Shown here: piece after piece, positions 1 to 26,800 of the stretch | Position numbering within the stretch: the first letter of the stretch is position 1 | Layout: each line of letters opens with the position of its first letter | Source of the DNA: the human T2T-CHM13v2.0 reference genome, Homo sapiens | Assembly: GCF_009914755.1 (NCBI RefSeq) | Contig: NC_060935.1 | Direction: 5' to 3' (one strand) | Length of the DNA: 64,000 nucleotides | Translations under genes and position numbers: made by a program | The notes under the pieces: generated by a model | What the model was told of the DNA's origin: nothing | The model's input: the letters and a program-made list of their open reading frames with translations, nothing else | Databases searched by the model: none

Positions 1-67
1 TTTGCTGCAGGGTACCTCCATCCAAACACGTGGGAGAAGAGGCCCCACATGCGCAGAATAGAAGAGT

Positions 68-1035
<968 letters not shown>

Positions 1036-1234
1036 CTAGAAGGAGTCGCTTTAAGTCAGGTATGGTCACGTCCTCCCTGCTTGACCCTCTCCCATGGCTG
1101 GGCTTCAGCTACTCTCTCCCCTCACTCCCCGACAATCTTCGCCTGTCCTGGTCGGCTGCCTGGGTCTGCTCATTTACCCTTCAAAATTCAACTCAGCATC
1201 ACTTCCCACAGGGAAGCCCTCTAGAACCCCTTAG

Positions 1235-2032
<798 letters not shown>

Positions 2033-2349
2033 TAACTCAGCTTGGGTTGGGGGCAGCCCCAAGCCCCATCCCAGACCCTCTGCAGCTCTGGCAACAGCTA
2101 GGTCCAGAGATGACCTCAGCCTGGGGAGCCAGTGTTCCTGGGGAGACAGAATCTCATTGCCTCCCACCCCAACCTGAGAAAGCCTCTCGTTTGGGGGTGG
2201 GGTGAGGTTCAGGGAGGGATCCTGGATCTACTCCAAGCCCTGTTTGCTCCACTGACCAGGAGAAAAATGCGGAAAAGGGGTGAAAGGGTGACATCACCCA
2301 GGATTGCTCCACCTCTGGGGCAATTATCGGGAGCAGGGCGGCCCCAGTC

Positions 2350-2394
2350 AGACGCAGGCAGCCCCAAAGCCTGAACAGGCAGGGCCAGACCCAG
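2350..2394 (+). other. PNPLA2: PNPLA2 non-coding exon 1 (5' boundary approximate)
   Basis: Strong donor CAG|GTAAGA at 2394/2395. It pairs with acceptor cccgcgtag|cttc at 3009/3010, upstream of ATG 3155. Confidence 0.75.
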
Positions 2395-2749
2395 GTAAGA
2401 AGCCAAGGTCCGGAAGGGTCGCGGGCGCGGGGCAGGGCTGAGGCCCCACGTCAGGTCGCGTGGGTCTGCGGAGCTGGGGTCCCCCACGAAGGGTTTGCGG
2501 GACTCGCATCCGGCCTTGGCCTTGGATGTTTATGGGTCTGTCTGTGGGTGAGCCTGTGGGTCCCGGGGCTCCCGAGGCCTGTGCGGCTTTCAGGTCTGGG
2601 GGTGCTGCCGGTGCGCCTCTGTCCAGGGACCAGCTCCTCTGTCCCGGGTGGGTGTGGGAGGCGGACCCGGTGGGGAGGGGCGGTGGCTGCCCTGAAACCA
2701 GAGCTCCCTCTCGCCGGTACCCAGGTCTGTGTGAGGCTTCCGGCCCCCA

Positions 2750-8301
<5,552 letters not shown>

Positions 8302-8634
8302 GACCCCGACCCTCTCGAGGAACCCTGCCTGAGACGCCTCCATTACCACTGCGCAGTGAGATGAGGGGACTCACAGTTGCCAAGAGGGGTCTTTGCCGTG
8401 GGCCCCCTCGCCAGCCACTCACCAGCTGCACTGAGAGGGGAGGTTTCCACACCCCTCCCCTGGGCCGCTGAGGCCCCGCGCACCTGTGCCTTAATCTTCC
8501 CTCCCCTGTGCTGCCCGAGCACCTCCCCCGCCCCTTTACTCCTGGGAACTTTGCAGCTGCCCTTCCCTCCCCGTTTTTCATGGCCTGCTGAAATATGTGT
8601 GTGAAGAATTATTTATTTTCGCCAAAGCACATGT

Positions 8635-8640
8635 AATAAA
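8635..8640 (+). terminator. PNPLA2 proximal poly(A) signal
   Basis: AATAAA ~330 nt after the stop, with a GT-rich tract (tttgtgtgtatgtg) downstream. Confidence 0.8.
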
Positions 8641-8983
8641 TGCTGCAGCCCAGCCTCTGCCCACTTTGTGTGTATGTGACCGCCTGCTTACTTGCAGTGA
8701 GAGCCTGGTGGCCAGGGTCTGGCCCTACCTTGGCTGACCAGCCTCTCCACAGCTGCAGGCCAGGTCTCCCAGCGTCGCACTCCTGGGCCTGGCATTTGGA
8801 ACCTGCCAGGCTGGCCTGGGAACACCCCCCTACAGGCACATATGAACGTACTGCATTCCTGCCGACCCCCCTGTCTAGGATGCATCCACACCCCCCCCAA
8901 TTTTGCCCAGCAGCCTCCTGGCTGACCCTTGGCCACAGCCTTCTGAGGGCCAATGGAAATATTTGGGACCAAGATTCTTGGTA

Positions 8984-8989
8984 AATAAA
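8984..8989 (+). terminator. PNPLA2 distal poly(A) signal
   Basis: Second AATAAA downstream of the 3' UTR. Confidence 0.65.
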
Positions 8990-9941
8990 AACGAAAATGT
9001 TTGCAAAAGGTGTCGCCTGCCCCTCCCCTCACACGGTGACACAGTGGGGTGTGTGACTGTTTTGGGGCTTGGCCAGCTGTGGGGGCTGAGGTTCCTGAAA
9101 CCAAGCACAGGGGACCTGGGAAAGCTGGGCCCCTGCTCCACTTGGGCGTTTGGCCCAAAGTTCTCTGTCCCCCCACCCTCACAAGCCTCTCTGGCCTGGT
9201 GCACATACCTTTTTGTTCCCCTGCCCAGCCTCCTGCCAGTACACAGGGCAGGGCTGGGATATGGAGGCAGGTGAGGTCCTAGCTGAAGGGGACTCAGCCC
9301 TGTGCTGGGGAAGTGGTTTCCTGAGGGCATCCTCTTCATGGCAGGGAGGCCATGAGGGGAGAAGGCCAGCCCTCCTTGGCAACCAAAAAGGCCCCATGGC
9401 CTGAGGGTGCTGGAGCCAGCCCCCACCTGCTCCTCCCAGAAGGCGTGGGGTGGCTGTGGTGGCAGCCCCCTGCCAACAATAACGGTTGGTTCTGGGATCT
9501 GGGACTGGGCGAGCCGGCCAGGCAGGTCCCTGATGTGCCTGTGCCAGAGGCCACCCCCCTTGGTCTCAAGGTCCTGTCCTATAAGCCCAGCCTTTTGTGG
9601 TTCAGCTGGGTCGCACGCTGGATCCCAGGCCCCTTCCTTGAAAAGCAGAGGCCTTGTACCCCCCAGGGTTGCCGGGCGGGACAGTGATTCCAGCCCTTCA
9701 GGTGGGTGCAGGGGCCAGGCTGGGGCTGGGGCTGGGGAGGGCTCCTCGGTCTGGGGTGGAATTTTCTCCCCCCACAGGAGGGTTTCACTCGGGCCTCAAG
9801 CAGCTCCTCCTTCCAATCCTCCCCCAAGGGGAGCCCCAGTCAGGGCTGGGCCCCAGAAGGAGAGCCAGGAGGGGCTACTGAGGTGGGACCTGCCTGAGTC
9901 CCCAGCTCGTTCACCCATACATATACACTGAATACTGCTAA

Positions 9942-10249
<308 letters not shown>

Positions 10250-10349
10250 TACATGTTTATTGTTTAAAAACCGGGAAAGTATAGAGAAGAAAGTAAAGGC
10301 TCCCCACCCCTAGAGATAACCGCTGAAAGTATTTGGTCTGTTTCCTGCC

Positions 10350-11100
10350 CGGCTTTTTCCTACACACACTTTTTGGCGCCTTAAGTCGGGCTCCCCCCGG
10401 ACAGGAGGGGCCCCTCCCAGGCGCTGGTGTCTGCGCCCGCCCCCCGCAGCCTTGTCCCTGCTCCGGGGGGTCCCTGGGTCTCTGGGGCATATCGTTGCTT
10501 CACTGCTCGCTCGAGCCTCCAGGGATCGGGCCGCCGGGGCAGCGCAGAGAGGCGGGGACAGGCGACAGCGGCGCAGAGTGGCTCCTCCCGGGGCCGGCCC
10601 AAGCGGGGGTCTCGGTGCCTGCGAAGCGGCAGGGGTCGCTCGGGGCCCAGTGCCCTCTACGTCCCGTCCGGGTCCCAGCTGGGGCGGGGCGCGCCCAGTG
10701 TTTCCGGGAGGAGCGGCCCGGGCGCGCGGCAGGTGCGGCGGCGCAACTCGCGGGTAGGCGACCGCTGGTCCCGCCGCTGAGGCCCCTCCACTGCCGCCCG
10801 CCCGGCACCCCCTCCGGGCCGCCGTGGCCCGCGCCAAACCTGAGCGTCTCGGTCGGGAACTCCGGTTACCCCCTCGGGGCGCAAGGCGGCAGGGGTAAGG
10901 GCGGGGTTGTCCCCCAGAGTTTCGGGGAGCACAGGAGGCTGGCCGCCCCACCCCACCAGCCCATCCTCCCACCTCCCTGGGGCCCTGCTGCCGCGCGGCT
11001 TCCGGCTGGGGTGGACCTCAGGTCTAGCCGGCAAGCCGGAGGGCGGGCGAGACAACAACGTGGCCTGGAGGCAATGGCCCTGGCCTCTCGTGTCCCCTTC
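10350..11100. promoter_or_regulatory. CpG island, probable CRACR2B promoter / 5' exon
   Basis: CpG-rich, GC box ggggcggggc 10681, candidate donor cgg|gtaggc 10753/10754, acceptor ttcacag at 12009 ahead of ATG 12043. Confidence 0.6.
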
Positions 11101-12042
11101 TCTCACCCGCCCAGACTTGCCCTCTTTGGAGGTCGCCCGGGCTAAGGTACATGGAAGGACGCTGGGTGGAGAGTGAGGGGAGAGGATCCCAGCTCCCCGG
11201 TGGGGGAAGGCGGGTGTTGGTGGGGAGCAGCTTTGGGAAATCCGGGATCAGGACATTGTGTGAAGGACAGGTGGCTCTGGTTAGGGGGCGGGGCGTCCCT
11301 GCAAGGAGGTGGGAAGGGAGGCCCCAGGGAGTTCTGAAACGGGGAAGGGCCTCAGTGTTGTGGGGCAAGGGTGTTAGGTCTCGAATCTGAAAGTGTTCCT
11401 GAGTGGGGCGTCAGAGGCGAAGGGCTCCGCAGGCTGGGACCTTGCCCCTGCACTCTGTGGGCTCAGTTGTGGGGAGGGAGGGGCCGGTGGGCAGGAGGGA
11501 GAAGTCTGCCCTGCCTGCCAGCTGTCATGAGGCTGGGCCACACAGGCCCAGGCCAGGGGCTAAGGACTTGGTCAGGACTGGCTGAGCCCTCACTTGGGAT
11601 CAGATCTCCAGTTGCAGAGTGTGAGGGGCTCCTCCCTCACTGACCCCAAGCCTGCTCCTCTCAGCTTTCAGGACCCCACCTTCCTTATCACCAGGTCTTC
11701 TCCACTGGCCCCTGAGATTGCCATCACCTCCAGCTCCTCCTCTCCTGAAGTTGGCAGCCCCTCCTGGGTTCCAGCCTCCTGAGATGCCAGACCCACTGGG
11801 GCAGTACCCACAGGCCCTGAGCCTACATCAACCACCCCAGTGACACCCCAAGCCTGCAGCATTTTCCACCCCCAGCCCCCTGGTCCCACCTTGCCTTCCG
11901 CCCACCTTCCCACCTGCTGCAGGGAGGGCCCTCGGCTGAGCCTTCAGACACACTTGCACCCCATCCGCTCCCCTCCTGAATTTCTTCTGACCCTCCCTTG
12001 GCTTCACAGCACCTGAAGGCCAGGCTGAGGCCCCCTGCTCTC

Positions 12043-15000
12043 ATGGCCAGCCCTGGAAAGCCTGGGGCTGATGAGGCCCAGGAGGAGGAGGGGGAACTCG
12101 AGGGGGGCTCTGCAGGGCCGCGGGCTGCAATACTGGAGCAGGCTGAGGAGCTGTTTCTGCTGTGTGACAAGGAGGCTAAGGGCTTCATCACCAAGCACGA
12201 CCTGCAGGTGAGTCCCCCACCCCAAGAGACTGCTTCGGCCCTGGGTTGACCGCAGCGGCTCATCTCTGCTCTCCTTCCCCGACCAGGGTCTCCAGAGCGA
12301 CCTGCCCCTCACGCCAGAGCAGCTGGAGGCTGTGTTTGAAAGTCTGGACCGGGCTCACACTGGCTTCCTCACCGCCAGGGAGTTCTGCCTGGGCCTGGGT
12401 GAGCCTGTGGCCTGCCTATCCCCCACTGCCCAGAGCTGGAGGCCTGATCAGGAGGCCTGGCACTTGTGGCGCCCTGAGGGCTGCCGGTGCCTCTCGTCCT
12501 CCTCCCTCCAGGGCCCGTGCTTTGTCTGCACGCACTCGCGCCTGGGGGCTCCTAGCTGCGGTGGAGTGTGTGGAGCTGACCTTCCTGGCCCCCAGCTCCT
12601 CTCCTGTGCTAAGCTCCGGTAGGGCTGGGAGCTGGCCTGTCACCTCTTGTTTCCAGGCCAATAGGACCAGAATAAGGAAGGAAAACAGGAAACTGGGCCC
12701 TGAGAGAGGGCAGGATACTCGTTGGGAGGGTGAACGGGGACACAGCCACGGTGGCGACCCACAGCCCTGGTAATCGCTCGCTCCATGCCCGCAGGGATGT
12801 TTGTGGGGGTGGCGTCAGCCCAGGGAGCGAACCCCTGCAGGACTCCCGAGGAGACCTTTGAGTCGGGCGGGCTCGACGTGCAGGGCACGGCGGGCTCTCT
12901 GGATGAGGAGGAGGAAGAGGAGGAGCGATTCCACACTGTGCTGGAGCAGCTGGGGGTGGCCCCGGTCCTGGGCAAGTGAGTCGGCGCTGGCCCCGCTCCC
13001 ACTGCCCGCTCTGCTGTTTCTCTGCCTGCATGCTGTCTGCCCTTGTCACCCGAGTGCTGGTTCTGCACAGGGTCTCTAGGCCGGGTCAGGCCCAGCCTAG
13101 CGTCAGCTGCGATTCCCTGGGAGGGACCCGGCATGATTTCCCGCAGAATTTGCATTTCATGAGGCAGCAGCCAGGGCTGCAGGGAGGAGGGGCAGCGCCG
13201 GGCGCGGGGCCACATACCGGCACTGCCCAGGGTACACACACCTCACCGACCACGCACGCCGGGCAGGGGCGAAAGCGCTCACGGGAGGGATGCCCTGCAC
13301 GCAGCAAGTGCTCCTGTCCTGCCCAGGGGCGAAGAAGTCTCCTAAGGGTTTGCTGCTGGCGGAGGGAAGCCTGCTTCCCGCTTCTGCCAGCTCCAGCCTC
13401 AGTTCCCGCCCGCCCTCCAGGCAGCGGGCTGTGAGGACGCTCTGGGCCAGGCTGCAGCGCGAGCGCCCCGAGCTGCTGGGCTCTTTCGAGGATGTTCTGA
13501 TACGCGCGTCGGCCTGCCTGGAGGAGGCGGCCCGGGAGCGCGACGGCCTGGAGCAGGCGCTGCGGAGGTGAGGGCCGGGGTGGGGTATGGGGGCCAATGG
13601 AGGGCCTCAGGGCAGCAGCAGAGGCGGTGCCAGGGGGCTGTAGCGCTGGCAAGTTCTCATCCGGGGTCGCCCGGTCCCCCGAAGGCGCGAGAGCGAGCAC
13701 GAGAGGGAGGTGCGCGCTCTGTACGAGGAGACGGAGCAGCTTCGGGAGCAGAGCCGGCGCCCGCCGAGTCAGGTGGGCCTCGGGCCCCGCCCCTCCCGCC
13801 AGGCCCAATCCCACCTCGCTGGCCTCCCTGGCTCCGCCTTCTCTGAATTAATCCCTCCCCGACGGCCCCACCTCCGCGGGTCCAGGCTGCCCTCAGCCCG
13901 AGGAGATCCCACTGGGCCTCACGTATCACCCCCGTCCGGTCTTCTCCACCCGACCCCGCTCCGCCCGGGCCCACTCCCAGCCCCTGGCCCTCCGTGTACC
14001 TCTTTTGCATGGCCGAGCGGCCGGCGGAGGCTCAGTGGTCCTCCGTGCGTCCCAGAACTTCGCCCGCGGGGAGCGGAGAAGCCGTCTGGAGCTGGAGCTG
14101 CAGAGCCGCGAGCAGGACCTGGAACGCGCGGGCCTGCGGCAGCGGGAGGTGAGCACCCGGCCCCTGCCCTGTCCCCACGGTCACCCGTGCACTCTCCCCC
14201 TGTGCCTTAGCGTCCCCGGGTTGTCGGGAGCCTGGGGCACGCGCAGCACCCCGGGGAAGAGGGGGCGTTCCTCGCCGGTCTCCATCCTTCCACCCTCCAG
14301 TTAGAGCAGCAGCTGCACGCCCAGGCTGCGGAGCACCTGGAGGCACAGGCCCAGAACTCCCAGCTGTGGCGGGCGCACGAGGCGCTGCGAACGCAGCTGG
14401 AGGGGGCGCAGGAGCAGATCCGCAGGCTGGAGAGCGAAGCACGAGGCCGCCAGGAGCAAACCCAACGGTGCCGTGGGACGGGGCTGGGCGGGCCCCGGTG
14501 CGTGTCCCGGGGGCGGGGCCGACGGGCGCTCAGGTCTGGGCCACTTTCATCCCCATCTCAAGTCCCAGGCCCGCCCCGTGGGAAGGAGGATCTTCTAGGG
14601 GGTCCGGGGGCTCCCCAAGGAGCCTTCCTGCAGCCGGGTCACCACCTCCCATCCACAGAGACGTGGTCGCCGTCTCCAGGAACATGCAGAAAGAGAAAGT
14701 CAGCCTGCTACGGCAACTGGAGCTGCTCAGGTACGGTCAGGCTCAGGCCCGAGAGGGAATGGGCTCAGCGGAGCTTGGGGGCTCCCAGCTCCCCAACATT
14801 CTTGGCTGCCGCTCTACTCCATTGGAAGTCCTTCCTTATGCCTGCCTTTCACCCCTCACGCTGCAGCCTCAGCCAGACACCTCTCTTCGCTCTGAGGGGA
14901 GTCGGAGCTCACCTCCCCCCACCTTGAGCTCCCTCAGACCCTCTCAGTGTCGGACTCCTCCTTCCCTAGGGAGCTGAATACACGGCTGCGGGATGACAGG

Positions 15001-15144
15001 GACGCCTGCGAGGCCAGGCGGGCGGGCAGCAGCTGCAGGAAGGCTCTGACAACAGCCCGCCTGCCTGGGCCCACCTGCTGCTGCTGCTGTTGCTGGGCTC
15101 GGCCCCCCAGACGCGGCTCTGGCCACCTTCCCAGTGCCCGGTGA
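12043..15144 (+). CDS. CRACR2B: Calcium release-activated channel regulator 2B (EF-hand + coiled coil), 399 aa, 9 coding exons
   Basis: Exons 12043-12207, 12287-12398, 12795-12975, 13421-13567, 13685-13772, 14056-14148, 14301-14467, 14659-14730, 14970-15144 total 1200 nt in frame. EF-hands [13 protein letters not shown] and [13 protein letters not shown], followed by an E/R/Q/L-rich coiled coil. Confidence 0.96.
13150..14550. other. Intragenic CpG island over the CRACR2B coiled-coil exons
   Basis: High CpG density in both introns and exons. Confidence 0.65.
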
Positions 15145-15401
15145 CCAGCCCCGAGTGACTCACGGACCATGAGCTAGAAGCTGCCCTTGCAGGAGGCTTG
15201 TCATGGGTCGGGGGTGCCCACTCAGGATGCAGGCTCTCCCCAGTGGGCCCCAGGCTCGCCTGACTGAAGACATGAAGGACCTAGCCTAGGAGTGGTCAGG
15301 GTCCCGGGAGTGGCCAGGGTCCCGTGTGTGCCCTCTGCCAGTCTTCGCTCTGTCCCCGTTCAATCAACCCCATCTCAGTTCAGCAGAAAACCCCCTCGTC
15401 A

Positions 15402-15407
15402 AATAAA
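15402..15407 (+). terminator. CRACR2B poly(A) signal
   Basis: AATAAA ~260 nt after the stop. Confidence 0.75.
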
Positions 15408-16099
15408 ACCCACTGACTGCACTGCGTCCTCCTGGGCCTTCCGTGTGTCTGGGAGCCACAGCCTGTGTGTGCCACATGGATGAGGTGGGCACCTGTGCAC
15501 GCGTGCTGTGTGGGTGAATACAGGGAGCGCGGGCCTGTGGCGATGGGGCTGAGGTCCTGCGTGTCCTCTTGTGTCCCTGGTCATGCCCCAAACTCACACT
15601 ACCCATCAAGGCTGGAGCCCCTCGGGGCCCTCGCCAGTGTGTGGATCAGGGCTCCCCACTGTCTCGCCAGGGAGGCCGGGCAGGTTCCCGGCCTCAGTCG
15701 GCCACCCCCTCCCATGCTGGTCCTCCCCTGTGGCTGTGATGAATGAGCTTGGTGGGTGGGCAGCCCCCTCCTTCCTCACTCCCACTCTTGGCGTCTTGGT
15801 GCAGCCCTAGGCCGGCCCTGCCCTTCGTCCCTCACCTCCTCGCACCGCTCCCAGTGGTCCCTTCCAGTCTGGAGGGCATGGGCCCCCCAGGACCCCATGG
15901 GTATGTCTCGCTGGGACCCCAGGCCTGCCCGGGTCTCCAGGCTGTCCACACTGCACGTACAGTAGCCCTTCTCCCGCATTTGCCCACAGCGCTAGGCCCT
16001 CCCACGCCCCAGGCCGGCATCGGTTCTGCCGACCCCTGCAGCCTCTGGGCGGTTCCTGGGTGAGGAGAAAGAGATGGGGGTTGGGCATGGAGGAGGGCC

Positions 16100-16950
16100 G
16101 GGTCGCCACAGCCCAGGGCCTCTGGCTAGGCTGGTCGCCGTCTTACCTCCGGGCCCGCCTCCCGCCCAGCTCCTCCGTCCTTGGACGGGATGGGCCCTTG
16201 CTGGGCTATTGGCGCCCCCAGGGCTGCAGCTCGCCCGGCCTCCGCAGTGCCAGGTCGACCCCCAGCGCCTACACCCACGCGGGTTCAGACCTGCCGAGCG
16301 CCCGCCGCCGCGGGAGGGGCTTGAGGCCGGGGCGGGGCGGGGCGGGGCGTCCCCCTCGTAGGCTCCGGGCCGCGCATTCTCAGCGCTGGGAGCCGCCGCC
16401 CCCGCAGCTGCTGCCGCCGCCGCCAGGGCCCGGACTCGGACGCGTGGTAGGTGAGTGCGCGGCCACGACAGCTCGGCCGAGCGGGGCGAGCGGGGCGAGG
16501 GGGGCGAGGGGCGCGAGGGGGGCCCAGCCGCAGGCGCCGGGAGGTTCCGGGAGGCCGCACCCACCGCCTGGCCCAGCTCCCTCGCCTGCCCCAGCTCCCT
16601 CGCCTGCCCTTCCGCGGGAGGCGGACTCCGGGCGGGTTGGGGAGGCGCAGCGGGAAGGAGAGGCGCCTCCCGGGCCCTTGGACCGGCCTGACGGCCCCCT
16701 TCAGCCCAGGGGTCCCGGGACGCGCAGCCTGGACACCCTGCTCATTGTCCCTGGACACGGCAGTCTTCCCTCCGCCCGCAGCAGCCCCCGCCCGCGTGCA
16801 AGTGGGCGCGCCATTGGCCGCGCCGGGCGGGGTCGGCGGCGGCGGTGACCTCATTGCAGTGCCCCGGGGACGCTTGGCAGGCGCGGAGTCCCAGGTCCCC
16901 CTGACTGGGGCTCCCCCTGATAGGGCGCGGGCCGCCCAGGGGCCTGGTGC
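16100..16950. promoter_or_regulatory. CD151 CpG island promoter and non-coding exon 1 (ends 16450)
   Basis: Tandem GC boxes (ggggc)x4 at ~16329-16348; donor TAG|GTGAGT at 16450/16451. Confidence 0.85.
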
Positions 16951-17284
16951 AGGTCCCGGGGACTTGGGGAGGAACAGACAACTATTTCTGGAAGGCCCTT
17001 TCCCAGGGGGTCCAGAGGGACCAGGCATTCCTGGGAAGAGGGGCCACTCCTCAGCGGGTCGCCTGTGTCCTCGCGGTGGAGGACGCATCTGTGCCCAGAA
17101 CCAACTTCTCCAGAAAGCCTGGGACCTTACAGCCAGGCCAGGGGCAGGTCCTTGAGGGGCTCACACATCCCCCCATCGGTGGCAGACGCACACCCCGCCC
17201 CCCGGTGGCAGACACATCCCCCCGCTGGTGGCAGGGTCTGCCTGTGCCACCCTTCCTGCGTGTATTTAGGCCCTGGCTCCTTCA

Positions 17285-18175
<891 letters not shown>

Positions 18176-18715
18176 TCAGGTTGGTGTGGGTCGCCTGTCC
18201 AGGAAAAACCCTCCCAGTCTGCCAGGCTCCACCTGCCTCCACGCTCCATTCTCCCCACCCCGGCCAGGATGAAGGAAGGGCTGCCCTTTAACAGACCGTA
18301 AACAGGCCTGGAGAGCTTAGGAAGGGGCTGAGCTGGGGCCTGTCTGAGCCCCTACCCCTCTGCTGTCTGAGTGGCCTCCTCCGCCCTTACTGCAGGCCCA
18401 TAGGCTCCTGCCAGCCTGTGACGTGCGGCCCCGGGAATGCCGTGGGGAGCGGGCAGGCTGGCATGAGCTCACCGGAGGTACCCGCTAGGGCTTCCTCCCC
18501 CGGCCGCCAGCAGGGGTGAGTCAGCAGTGATGGCGGGAGGTCCTCCATGACCCCTGTCCTGTCTGTGGGCACCAGGGGTCTGTCCTGGCTGTCAGGGCTC
18601 CTGAGTCGCTAGGAAGTGACACGTCCTGTTCCCACAGGGGCTCATTCACAGGCCTCCCAGGACAGTGGCTGGCTCTGCCCCGACTTCTGGGCTGGCTTGG
18701 GTATCTGTGTCCCCT

Positions 18716-19362
<647 letters not shown>

Positions 19363-19445
19363 CTGTGTCCCCTCCTATCCGTCTCCCAGTCAGGGGCCTG
19401 GTGCTGTGGCCCCGCTGACCCCTCCCCTGCCTCCTCAGCCCCAGG

Positions 19446-21567
<2,122 letters not shown>

Positions 21568-22185
21568 CCCTGCCTTGGGCCTTGCTGCTGCTGCACCCAA
21601 CTACTGAGCTGAGACCACTGAGTACCAGGGGCTGGGCTCCCTGATGACACCCACCCTGTGCCATCACCATAACCTCTGGGGACCCCAACCTCAGAGGCAG
21701 CTTCAAGTGCCTTTTGCTGCGCACCAATGCCCAGCAGGGGAGGTGAGGGGGGCTGGCGGGGCGAAGTTTGGGGGGTGTTTTGTGGGGCTCCCCAGACACA
21801 CTCTCTGCCTGGTGGTCAGATGCAGGTTGGAAGGGGCCTTGCTGAGTGGCGCAAGGCCGAGCGTTCCCAGCAGGGGGAGAAACCCTTCACACCCCAGGCC
21901 CTTCAGGAACTGGGGCCTTGCCTTGCAGCCACATGGCCCCATCCCAGTTGGGGAAGCCAGGTGAGCTCTGACCCTTGGGCCTGGGCCTCTGCCCCTCCCA
22001 ACCCAGCCCTCGTCTCCCTCGACAGCGCCCCTGCTGTCTTCCCCACCGCAGTCACCACCACCCGAAATGCCACGTGGTCACTGTGCACTGCCCTGTCCAT
22101 GTGCCTCTGCGGGGCAGGGCCTTCCTGGTTTTGTTCACTGCTGTACCCAGATGCCTACAACCATCCCTGCCACATACAGGTGCTC

Positions 22186-22191
22186 AATAAA
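22186..22191 (+). terminator. CD151 poly(A) signal
   Basis: AATAAA ~620 nt after the stop. Confidence 0.85.
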
Positions 22192-23036
22192 CACTTGTAG
22201 AGCAGATGGACGAGCTCGCTGTGCTGGTAACAGATGGTGGTCTGTTCTCAGGGCCCTCGCATCCAGCAGGGCAGACAGACCCACCCCCGCCCCGCCCAGT
22301 GTCAGGACAAAGAAGGGCAGAGCCAGGAGGACACACCCCCCATGGGGCTCCAGGGAAGGGAGGTCTGATGCCAGGGACAGCTGAGCACAGGCCTCAGCAG
22401 AAAGAACTGAACATGTTCCTAAATGGTGAGATGGTGTGTTCAGAGCCCCTGGGGGAGAGGAAAAATGGTTTCCAAAACCCTTCTGGCCATGGTGGGGAGC
22501 AGACGTGGGAAGGGTGCAGACTGGGGGCCGTGCCCAGGTAAGAGGTGTCAGGCAGGTGGGGTGGGGGCAGTAGGGTGAGGGGGTTTACATGGAGGAGCCT
22601 ATAGGCCCTGCTGGGGGCCAGAGGGTAGGAGGTACCAGAGCCTGGTGTCTGGCAGAGGTACCCTGGAGATGGGAGCCAGGGCTCGGTCACTGATTGTGCC
22701 CCCCACTGCCCAGGTTCCTGTCCTTAAGGCTCAGAACTGTAGACCCTCAGGCAGACCCGTTCTCCCCTACCAGAGGACACCACGCCAGATATCTGGGCAG
22801 CAGGGACATCTGACCTGGGGTGCTTGCTGGCAGCACTGCCTGGACAGCAGGGCCTCCTTAGGGCCACCTCCCAACCCAGCTAGGAGCGTCTTAAGGCCTG
22901 CCCTCCCTGCTGGGCTTGGGTGGGACGCTCAGGGACAGGCAGCAGTGGGCAGAGGCCAGCAGGTACTGGCAGCCCTGACCACAGCAGAGACTGGGCCCCA
23001 GAAAATCTGTTTCTCTCTTCTTTTTCATAGTTGTGT

Positions 23037-23478
<442 letters not shown>

Positions 23479-23593
23479 TAGGAGAGTTCATGGCCCAGTC
23501 TGCTTCACTGGGCTGCCACAGTGTGAAAGCTGGGCCTAGACCTGGCTCCTGACATCCTAGTGAGGGCTGGGACCTTAGTGGTTCTGAAAGACC

Positions 23594-23599
23594 TTTACT
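23594..23599 (-). terminator. POLR2L proximal variant poly(A) signal AGTAAA
   Basis: tttact on + strand, ~150 nt past the stop codon. Confidence 0.55.
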
Positions 23600-23746
23600 G
23601 GATGGTTCCTTCCAGAGTGGGGTATGGGATACACACACACTGCGGCCAGGCATTACGCCAGCTCCCGGATGCCTCAGCCTCGTGAATTCGGGGCAGGACG
23701 CTCAGGGCCCATGGTCAGCACAGCGGGTGGGTGGGTTCCAGCGTGG

Positions 23747-26800
<3,054 letters not shown>

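Noticed and set aside
10310-11145. 220-270 aa ORFs on both strands (similar ones at 16060-17155)
   Set aside because: CpG-island ORFs with no codon periodicity or recognisable domain.
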